Origin: Acidimicrobiia bacterium
GTDB taxonomy: Bacteria; Actinomycetota; Acidimicrobiia; Acidimicrobiales; SZUA-35
Length of the DNA: 61,083 nucleotides
Reading direction: 5' to 3'
Assembly (NCBI GenBank): GCA_003231975.1
Contig: QIKW01000270.1
Location: forward strand, 1-61,083
Positions 36,767 through 44,531 of the stretch are shown here, piece after piece; the first letter of the stretch is position 1; each line of letters starts with the position of its first letter. Both the position numbers and the translations under genes were made by a program. A model generated the notes under the pieces. It did no database searches, was not told the DNA's origin, and worked only from the letters and a program-made list of their open reading frames with translations.

Positions 36767-37204
36767 CTAATTTTGGTCGGGGTTCTCATGACGGCTGGCC
36801 AACCCCGGCACTAGCCTGGGCCACGAAGCCAGTAGCTGATAGATGAGAGCACCAAAGGTTGCCACTCCAAGAGGAATGTGGATGGCGGCTGCACCCTCAG
36901 AGCCACGGGCGGAATAGCCAAGCCCAATCTGTGATGTGAGCAGGAACAACATTAAGACACCGATGACTTTCAGTGAGCTACTGTCTAGTTTCAGGATGGC
37001 TATGGCCGCCACCAGAACGGCGATGCTGAAAGCAGCGTTGCCGATGTTGGCATGGAGGGCAATTCCCCAACTGCCAAAGATGTGTTGACCAGCAATGACT
37101 GCCTGTACTCCCACTAAGAACACAAGGCTGGCAGTACCGGCTCGATGAAGATTTGTCCACATATCCGATTGTGTAGCAGCCTGCCAGCCTGCACCGGTGG
37201 TCAC
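36767..37204 (-). CDS. 4-TM membrane protein with two QxxxG..H motifs, putative bis-His heme binder
   Basis: VQAVIAG..ALHANIG and SQIGLG..AIHIPLG; start uncertain. Confidence 0.7.
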   Translation of the reverse strand: MTTGAGWQAATQSDMWTNLHRAGTASLVFLVGVQAVIAGQHIFGSWGIALHANIGNAAFSIAVLVAAIAILKLDSSSLKVIGVLMLFLLTSQIGLGYSARGSEGAAAIHIPLGVATFGALIYQLLASWPRLVPGLASRHENPDQN

Positions 37205-37246
37205 ACCAGCGGGATTTGTGTCTTCTGATTGAGGTCCGAGTCGCTG

Positions 37247-38770
37247 TCAGCTGCTTGGACTGCTAATCGGGGCTTTGAATGTACTTCGCACCGTCACAAC
37301 AACGCGAGCGATGATTGCGGCAGAAAGCGCAACCAGAATTGCCCCTACCAAGAGTTGAGCGGTGGTTGAGTCTGCGGATGCCGAGGCCCCATAGAGGGCG
37401 GTTCGTTTTGTGGTTACCGACTCTACGTTCACCCCCACCTTCACCGGCAGCCATGCCTCTAGTCGGTCTTGACCGGTTGTGGCCTCAACGTAGATGAACC
37501 AGCGACCGTCCCGGTCAAGTTGCACATCGCCAACCCAAGCCCCTGTAGCGTCGGCTGCCAACGATCCCTCAAGCAGCCTGCCTGCCCGGCGGGCAACGAT
37601 TCGCACCGGCTCGGTCTCTGGGGCAGCACTTTCAGCGGTAACTGTGACCAACCGACCAGATGTCGAGGCCGACAGCGCGATGTCAGCAACCTCAATTCCC
37701 TGCCCAGGGTCGTGGGCCGCGGCCGGTGGCGGGACAGAGGCCAGGGCCAAAACCACCACGGCGAATGCACTCACAGTCATGGCGCCTCCGGCCAGGGCTC
37801 CGGGTTTGGCTGCGCCTGCGGAAAGCGGGTCAAAGAACAGAATCGTTGCCGCCACTGCCGCCGCGGCGATTGCCACCCCAAGGGCTGCCTCGGCAATCGT
37901 GACAGAAACACCACCTGGCACAACCGACAGGTATGGCACATACACAACGAATAGGGCAACCACCAGTGATAAAGCCCGAGTCAGAACCGACCAGCCGCGT
38001 CGCCGAGCGAAGTCTGCGGCGGCCAGTGCAGGCACAACAGCAGGCACGATCGGTGGCGAAAAATCCGTGACCCGAAGAAGGCCGATGACCACGATCATCA
38101 TCGCTGTGTAGGCCAGGCCGGCCAGGGTGGCGGGCCACCGAACTCGGCGAAACAATACCGACTGCACCATCAACGCAGCGGCCGACAAGCCGGCTGCCAT
38201 AATTGGCAGGTACCACAGAGGCGAGAACTGAGCCACGTCGGTGTCGTACTCGAGAACCAGTACTTGCCAGCCGCCAATCACGCCTGCTCCGGACGCAGCC
38301 AAAAGCAGAATCCCTGGCTTCCCAACCTCGCTACTACTACGGCCCGCCACCAGCAGAACCCCTGAACCGAGCGCAATGGTTCCAACCAGCGCCAGAAGAT
38401 GCGGCGGGCTCCAGAGAACCGCGTCGCGTCCGAACGCGGTGTGCCACCACTCATCCACGGGGGCCGAGCCAAGCGTGACCAAAGCCCCAACCACCCCGAC
38501 ACCAATGGGACCGGAGACCACGGCGCGGCTTCCGTCGAGCCGCTGATGCCAACCCCATCGCACAACCACGCCAACCGCAACGGCAACTCCAAGGTAGAGC
38601 GCCAGGTGGGGTGCGCTCAAAAACTCGTCGCGACCCCTGTCGGTATGCCATGCGTCATCCCAATAGACCCCGAACAGCGCGGTGGCAAAGCCAGCGACGG
38701 CGAGAGGCACGGTGCCTGCCACCGAGAAGGCTGGGCGGTGCTGCATCTTTGCATCAATGGTGTTGCTCAC
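37247..38770 (-). CDS. Polytopic membrane protein with a PmoC/AmoC-like metal-binding domain and a C-terminal extracytoplasmic beta domain
   Basis: D38-H42-H55 and D106-H110-H124 motifs; AAA-H353 followed by a beta-rich domain and a TM anchor. Confidence 0.75.
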   Translation of the reverse strand: MSNTIDAKMQHRPAFSVAGTVPLAVAGFATALFGVYWDDAWHTDRGRDEFLSAPHLALYLGVAVAVGVVVRWGWHQRLDGSRAVVSGPIGVGVVGALVTLGSAPVDEWWHTAFGRDAVLWSPPHLLALVGTIALGSGVLLVAGRSSSEVGKPGILLLAASGAGVIGGWQVLVLEYDTDVAQFSPLWYLPIMAAGLSAAALMVQSVLFRRVRWPATLAGLAYTAMMIVVIGLLRVTDFSPPIVPAVVPALAAADFARRRGWSVLTRALSLVVALFVVYVPYLSVVPGGVSVTIAEAALGVAIAAAAVAATILFFDPLSAGAAKPGALAGGAMTVSAFAVVVLALASVPPPAAAHDPGQGIEVADIALSASTSGRLVTVTAESAAPETEPVRIVARRAGRLLEGSLAADATGAWVGDVQLDRDGRWFIYVEATTGQDRLEAWLPVKVGVNVESVTTKRTALYGASASADSTTAQLLVGAILVALSAAIIARVVVTVRSTFKAPISSPSS

Positions 38771-38813
38771 AGATCATAGCCTGGACTCCCAAAGACAGAA
38801 AAGCAACATTATA

Positions 38814-38829
38814 GTTGCAATCTTGCAAC
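38814..38829. promoter_or_regulatory. Palindromic operator GTTGCAA-TC-TTGCAAC (MarR-like)
   Basis: Perfect 7-2-7 inverted repeat about 45 bp upstream of the 38770 start; extra GCAAC half-sites nearby. Confidence 0.65.
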
Positions 38830-38891
38830 ACAAACGTGCAACGCTGCTCGCACACCAAGACCACCCGCAGCTCGGCCATCGCTTTCGCCGT

Positions 38892-39611
38892 TCAGACCGA
38901 CTGGACAACGCTTCCGTTTGCTTGACGGGCAAGTTGACCGATGACCACCAGGCCCGTCACGGCAGCAGCGAGCACGCCTATCGAGGTGAGGTGCTGACGT
39001 GTGAGCCCGCCGCCAACGTGAGGCAACCAGACGGATCCAGCGGCCCGCACGGCCGCGACTGAAGCAACACCTGCCAACACAACTACGGCGTCGGACGCCC
39101 CGTTTCTTGACAACCTTCGCAAACCAACCGCGGCCACTGCTGCCCCTGCGGCCATGAACAGACCGATTGGCAACATTCTGGCGCCCAGCCCGGGTGGGAC
39201 CAGCCCAACGGAACTCTCAGGGCCAAAACAGCCATCACGAAACAGACAAGCCGCCTCATAACCGGCGTAGCTGACAACCGAGAGAGCCGTGATGTCGGCA
39301 ACTCTTGTTAGCGAGCCAAAGCCAGCTCTCTTGGCGCCGACCACCAAAAGGGCGCAGGCGGCTCCCACCCCAGGCCAGAATTCAACCCCGCTACGAATTA
39401 TCAGCATGTCCGAGATGCTTCCGATCGAGCTTGGATCGTCAATGGCCAGGGCCACAAGTCTGCCAACGGCCAGGCCTGCAAACGCTGGGCCGAGAGCCAC
39501 ATCGGTGAACCCGACCGAGTCCTTGTGGCTGGAAAGAGGCCACCAGTTCATCACAAAGGCGGGCAATCCAAGACCGACAATCATGCTGAACAGCAGGCCG
39601 TAGTCGATCAC
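38892..39611 (-). CDS. Lgt-like (prolipoprotein diacylglyceryl transferase fold) membrane protein, divergent
   Basis: GLAVGRL..DMLIIRSGVEFWPG..AD..ACLFRDGCFG resembles the Lgt motif order. Confidence 0.6.
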   Translation of the reverse strand: MIDYGLLFSMIVGLGLPAFVMNWWPLSSHKDSVGFTDVALGPAFAGLAVGRLVALAIDDPSSIGSISDMLIIRSGVEFWPGVGAACALLVVGAKRAGFGSLTRVADITALSVVSYAGYEAACLFRDGCFGPESSVGLVPPGLGARMLPIGLFMAAGAAVAAVGLRRLSRNGASDAVVVLAGVASVAAVRAAGSVWLPHVGGGLTRQHLTSIGVLAAAVTGLVVIGQLARQANGSVVQSV

Positions 39612-40186
39612 CTCAGGGCGTCTTCAATAAGGCTGGCAAGGCGCTGCTCAGACACCCCGCCGTTGACCCTGGCGCGAATTGTGCCGTCGGCATCGAACAC
39701 GTAGGTGGTTGGATACGCAGTCAGATCCAGCGCGACGCGAATCTCGCCCGTAATGTCGAAGACGTTCGGATAGGTGAGGCCCAACTCGTCGAGGAACTTC
39801 TGGGCCTCCTCAGGGTCGTCGTTCGACGCAACCCCCAGAATCACCGCCCGGCCCTTGTAGGTGTCTGCTGCGTTTTGCAGCAACGGCATTTCGGTCCGAC
39901 AAGGAGCGCACCACGACGCCCAGATATTCACCACAACCGGCTGGCCCCGCAGCCCGACCAATAGACCTTCGAACTCAGACAACCCAGCCACGGGGAAGGA
40001 CCCTTCGGCGGGCATCGCAACCGGCTCTCCGGATGCCGCAAACTCCGGCAGATCGGGTTGACGCAACGCGGTTTGCCCAACCCACACTGCGGCCACCACA
40101 GCCAAAGCGATCATCCCAAGACGGCGGACGGAAAACCGTCCTCGGACCAGTTCGGAGTCGCTCACGTTCGCAGTATCGCAGCCCAT
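39608..40186 (-). CDS. Membrane-anchored TlpA/ResA-like thiol-disulfide oxidoreductase
   Basis: VVNIWASWCAPCRTEMP, YPTTY; the true start may be GTG 40165. Confidence 0.92.
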   Translation of the reverse strand: MGCDTANVSDSELVRGRFSVRRLGMIALAVVAAVWVGQTALRQPDLPEFAASGEPVAMPAEGSFPVAGLSEFEGLLVGLRGQPVVVNIWASWCAPCRTEMPLLQNAADTYKGRAVILGVASNDDPEEAQKFLDELGLTYPNVFDITGEIRVALDLTAYPTTYVFDADGTIRARVNGGVSEQRLASLIEDALR

Positions 40187-40362
40187 CGGCGGACATCGCG
40201 TTCGGGGCTAGATTCAGCCCCCTCGGCCTCGTGATCCCAGTGAGGCGACAAGCCGCGCCATTTCCAACGAGGCGGTGTCCTAGGATTCTCGAGCTAGCAG
40301 AGATCGCCGGCTGTGAGCGCTTGGGTGCGCTACAAGGCGTAGGCCTAAAAACAAGGAGCCGC

Positions 40363-40926
40363 ATGGCCAACAAACAATCAAAACGAGCAAGACGCGAGGC
40401 TGCACTAAAAGCCAAGCAACGCAAGCAGCGGATGACGTGGGGAGGAATGACCGCAGCAATCGTGCTGGGAATCGGACTCTTTGTGTTCTTGGGTGGCAGC
40501 TCGGCCAACGAGGCAGCCGCTGTTGCGCCCGATTTCGAACTTGAAGACGCCGATGGTGGCACCGTCAAGCTGAGCGACTTCCGAGGCCAACCCGTAGCCG
40601 TAACCTTCATGCACACGTGGTGACCAGCTTGTAACGCCAGTGCCCCCGAGTTACGGGCGGCCTACGAAAAGTACGAAGCACAAGGCTTTGAAGTCTTGTC
40701 AATCAGCGTTCAAGAAGGCAATGCAGAAGTAGACGAGTTCATCGATCGCTACGGCCTTACCTATTCTTTCCTACTCGACCGAACCGGTGAAATCAGTAAC
40801 AACTACGAGGTGCAAAACACCCCAACCACCTACTTCATCGCACCCGATGGCACCATCGCCGACGTGTTGGCTGGCGTTGTCAGCCAACGCTGGCTCGAGG
40901 GGAACATCGACGACTACATCAGCTAA
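40363..40926 (+). CDS. TlpA/ResA-like redoxin selenoprotein candidate (UxxC), 187 aa, UGA at 40621 read as Sec
   Basis: ATG after AAGGAG; TM anchor; APDFEL..LSDFRGQPVAVTFMHTW-TGA-PAC..TPTTYFI; both halves are in one frame. Confidence 0.85.
40631..40665 (+). other. Candidate bacterial SECIS stem-loop
   Basis: GCC-CCCG-[AGTTA]-CGGG-C-GGC at 40642-40661; apical loop 25 nt after the UGA with G then U. Confidence 0.65.
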
Positions 40927-40953
40927 AACAATTCTCGGGTCCGGTCGCGAACG

Positions 40954-41802
40954 ATGAAATCCCCAGCGACCGGGCTCAAGAGCCAAGCCTTCACCCGCGC
41001 CGTTGCGCTTGTGTCGAGTGCCGCCCTGCTGTTGGCAGCGTGTGGCACCGCCAGCCCGATCGCACCGTCGGTGCGCCCAGTTGTGGAGCGACTGGACAAG
41101 GCGGTTGTGCCCCCGAGATGGAGCTTCCGTTACATACCAAACAGCGCATCGCCGTTCCTGGCGTGCCTGGCAGGAATCGATGAAGTATCAGGGGTGATGG
41201 ACATCGAAAACGGGGTGGTCTTCCTGGAACCGAACAGAGATGCCCCGCCAATAGTCGTCACCGACACCTCCTTCATGATTGCGGCGAACAACTCGGGCAG
41301 CCGACAGTGGACCGAGGTGCCATGGAACGCTGAGAACGACCGACGCTCTTTGGCTCCACTGTTCGGCGACGTTCTCACCGGGTTTATTGCCGACGGAATT
41401 AGAGCACCGGACCTCAACCTCACGGCCCTGGCCGCAGTCAGCATCGCCGAGTCGGTTGAGCCGGCTGATACGCCAATCGGACTGGTTGGGGACTCCTTCA
41501 CCGTCACCATGGACTCAGAGCGGTATCGAGCTGAACTTGAGGCTGAAGGAGCACCGGTTCCCGACCAAACACCCAGCCTGACGGCGACGGTGAACCCAGA
41601 CGGGCTGGTAATAGCGCTGGCAATTGGTACCGCCGCTTCCTCGCCCGCTGACGATGAACCCCACGGCAGCGGCTATTTCGTCACTGCCGCATTTGACGAG
41701 GTCAATCCCGTTCTGGTGCCGGATGCGGCTATCCGCCGAACCACTTCCCTTAGTGCGGTCCTTTACCCAGGGCCAGACGAATCCTGCTCGTTTCGCCCGT
41801 AA
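40954..41802 (+). CDS. Hypothetical lipoprotein (possible LolA/LppX-like fold)
   Basis: Lipobox LAAC; beta-rich; two further Cys. Confidence 0.7.
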   Translation: MKSPATGLKSQAFTRAVALVSSAALLLAACGTASPIAPSVRPVVERLDKAVVPPRWSFRYIPNSASPFLACLAGIDEVSGVMDIENGVVFLEPNRDAPPIVVTDTSFMIAANNSGSRQWTEVPWNAENDRRSLAPLFGDVLTGFIADGIRAPDLNLTALAAVSIAESVEPADTPIGLVGDSFTVTMDSERYRAELEAEGAPVPDQTPSLTATVNPDGLVIALAIGTAASSPADDEPHGSGYFVTAAFDEVNPVLVPDAAIRRTTSLSAVLYPGPDESCSFRP

Positions 41803-41928
41803 CACCAAGCGTCGGGGTGATGCTGGGCTGCTTGGGTCTTCATGGTTCCGGAGCCCCGACACAGAACTATATGTCCCGTCGGTCACACCGAAACGATGTC
41901 ATGGCGGTCGTCGCTTACGCTGGGCACG

Positions 41929-43392
41929 ATGCAAACTCCGAACCCCACACGCCGACGCTTTCTTGGGTTTGTCGGTGCCGCAGGTGCCAGCGCCTGGCTG
42001 GCAGGCTGTTTCCGCGACCCCGACGCTGGGAGAATCACTGTCTCCCCAAACGGTTCATCATTCGCTGAGCCTGAGGTTCTAAGCAGCGAAAGCGGTCGGC
42101 TTGAGCTGACCCTGCGGGCCGAGCCAAACGACATCCCCTGGGGTGACTCCACCCGGTATGGCTACACCTACAACGGCAACACCCCTGGACCAACGTTGCG
42201 AGTCAAGCCCGGCGACCAACTGACAATCCATCTGGAAAATCAGCTTGATGCCGACACGAATCTGCACACCCACGGGCTGCACGTATCGCCATCAGGAAAC
42301 GGCGACAACATCTTCGTCCGGGTCCCTCCCGGCGGATCTCGCACCTACTCCTACCAGATCCCCGCCGATCATCGCAGCGGCTTGTTCTGGTATCACCCTC
42401 ACGCTCATGGCACGGTGGCTCCACAAGTGGCTGCCGGCCTGGCCGGCGCCATCGTGATCACAGACCAGATCGATGAACTGCCCGAAATGGCAGGCTCCAC
42501 CGAACGAACCTGGATCTTGTCGGACCCCCCAATCGGCGAAGGCTCTGGCATCTTGGACGCCAGCGGCATGGATCGGATGCAGGGCCGCGAGGGCAACAAG
42601 GTGCTTGTGAACGGAATTGAGCAGCCAGACATTACCACCCAAGCGGGGGTGCTCGAACGCTGGCGGATCGTGAATGCCAGCTCGTCCAGGTATTACCGAC
42701 TTGGCCTGGATGACCACCCCCTGCACATCGTGGCGACCGACGGGGGCAGGATCGCAAAGCCGGTTTCGGTCTCGGAAATTCTGCTGTCTCCCGGCGAACG
42801 CGCCGAGTTCTTCGTTAGACCCTCAAAGCCGGGAAGCTACGCATTCAGGGCCCTGGAATACGACCGCGGCGGAATGGGTATGGGAATGGGCGGCGGAATG
42901 ATGGGCGGAGGAGGGGGCTCTGAGGAGTTGGCGGTTGCCACAATGACTGTTACCGGAGATGCCGCCCCAGCCGCGCTTCCTGCTGGCCTTGTTGATGCCG
43001 ACACCTTGATCGTGCCTGCTCATTCAGCGTCTCGCGTTCTGGAACTGGGCATGGGTGGCGGCGGCGGGGGCCAGATGATGTCGTTCACAATCGACGACAA
43101 GATCTTCGACGGCGACCGCACCGACATCACTGCTGGCCTCAACACAGTCGAAGAGTGGGAGATCCGCAACACATCCCCCATGGATCATCCGCTGCATCTT
43201 CACGTCTGGTCGTTTCTGGTGGCCGATGAAACACTTGGGAGCGTCTGGAAAGACACAATTAATGTGCCAGCCAACCAATCGGTCAAGGTTGTGGTCCCCT
43301 TCGCCGCCATCCCAGGCAGAACCGTGTACCACTGCCACATCCTGGACCACGAAGACCTCGGCATGATGGGTGTAATCGACGTGCCCGGCTGA
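41929..43392 (+). CDS. Tat-exported multicopper oxidase lipoprotein (CueO-like)
   Basis: TRRRFLG, LAGC, HTHG, WYHPH, HPLHLH, HCHILDHEDLGM; Met/Gly loops; TACGCT 7 nt before ATG 41929 suggests a leaderless mRNA. Confidence 0.95.
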   Translation: MQTPNPTRRRFLGFVGAAGASAWLAGCFRDPDAGRITVSPNGSSFAEPEVLSSESGRLELTLRAEPNDIPWGDSTRYGYTYNGNTPGPTLRVKPGDQLTIHLENQLDADTNLHTHGLHVSPSGNGDNIFVRVPPGGSRTYSYQIPADHRSGLFWYHPHAHGTVAPQVAAGLAGAIVITDQIDELPEMAGSTERTWILSDPPIGEGSGILDASGMDRMQGREGNKVLVNGIEQPDITTQAGVLERWRIVNASSSRYYRLGLDDHPLHIVATDGGRIAKPVSVSEILLSPGERAEFFVRPSKPGSYAFRALEYDRGGMGMGMGGGMMGGGGGSEELAVATMTVTGDAAPAALPAGLVDADTLIVPAHSASRVLELGMGGGGGGQMMSFTIDDKIFDGDRTDITAGLNTVEEWEIRNTSPMDHPLHLHVWSFLVADETLGSVWKDTINVPANQSVKVVVPFAAIPGRTVYHCHILDHEDLGMMGVIDVPG

Positions 43393-43394
43393 TC

Positions 43395-44327
43395 GTGGTG
43401 GCAGCAAAGCGTATTGGGACAGGAGCCACAGTTCTGGCTCCTGTGGTGTGGGGCTTGCGCCATGCTCGGTCAGCCGCGGTATCCAACTGGGCGCCGCCAA
43501 CACTCCCGGGGCGAATGCACGGCCCCCTCTACGCTCGCTCGGGCGGCTCAGGTGATCGTTCGGTGATGTTGTTGCACGGCCTTGTTTCCAGCGGTGATCT
43601 GTTCGGCGCTCCCTATGACCGATTGGCCGAAGACAACCGGCTGGTGGTGCCCGACCTCCTGGGATTCGGCCGCTCGTTGGATCCCTCGCGCCGCAGCTTT
43701 TCTGCAGAGGCTCACCTCGATGCCTTGGACACGCTGGCCCGCGGGCTAGGACTGTTTGACTCCAAGGTGACGGTAGGCGCCCATTCGATGGGTTCGGCAC
43801 TGGCGCTGATGTGGGCTGGCCGGCACCCACAAGTAGTTGATCGGGTTGTGTGCTGGGGCGCCCCGATCTACTCCTCTCGCGCAGCCGCCAGCTCGCAAAT
43901 CTCTGGCAGCGCCATGACCAGGCTGTTTGTTATGGACACCGGGATCGCCAGGCGCGTCTGCGCTCTGAGTTGCCAGAATCGGGTAGCTGCTGGATGGATA
44001 ACCGCTGCCTTCGAGCCTGGCCTTCCGATACCAGTGGCGCGGGCGGTGTCGCTACACACCTGGCCTGCCTATCGAGACTCGATCAGGGATCTGGTGATCG
44101 AGCCAGACTGGCCCAGCCTTCTTCAGGGCCTGACAAGCAGCGCCGTTCAGACTGAGCTTGTTTGGGGAAGCAACGACTCCGTTGGCGACCAGCGATACGC
44201 CGCGGATCTTTCTGCTGCTGGTATCGCTGCGGCCGCCAACCCAAGGCTCACCCTGGTCGATCGTGCCAACCATCACCTCCCGATGACGCACCCAGCTCTC
44301 TGCATCGGAAGCCTCGCGGGGTCCTGA
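43395..44327 (+). CDS. Alpha/beta hydrolase
   Basis: LLHG, PDLLGFGRS, AHSMG, NHH. Confidence 0.88.
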   Translation: MVAAKRIGTGATVLAPVVWGLRHARSAAVSNWAPPTLPGRMHGPLYARSGGSGDRSVMLLHGLVSSGDLFGAPYDRLAEDNRLVVPDLLGFGRSLDPSRRSFSAEAHLDALDTLARGLGLFDSKVTVGAHSMGSALALMWAGRHPQVVDRVVCWGAPIYSSRAAASSQISGSAMTRLFVMDTGIARRVCALSCQNRVAAGWITAAFEPGLPIPVARAVSLHTWPAYRDSIRDLVIEPDWPSLLQGLTSSAVQTELVWGSNDSVGDQRYAADLSAAGIAAAANPRLTLVDRANHHLPMTHPALCIGSLAGS

Positions 44328-44531
44328 GAGCCGGGCTCCCAAAGCTCAGGCACCACTGTCCACACCACTGTCCAAACCCTGAATCTCTGCTTGATGGGCC
44401 CAATGGCCTACAGCAAGGCAGGCCATTGGGCTCAGTTGCCGTGGTTGATCTCAAGCCGGACCTGCACACGCCGAAACATGGCCTAGCCAGAGCTGTTTGC
44501 CTGGCTAACTGCCGCCAACAAGAGGACGACC

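Noticed and set aside
37247..38770. Calling this a true ammonia or methane monooxygenase
   Set aside because: Only the metal-ligand spacing matches PmoC. There are no separate recognisable pmoA/pmoB genes, so function cannot be assigned.
40033..40926. Two separate ORFs (40033-40623 and 40696-40926) or a pseudogene
   Set aside because: They share a frame, the TGA sits at the catalytic Cys position and a SECIS-like hairpin follows. The real start is ATG 40363 with an RBS.
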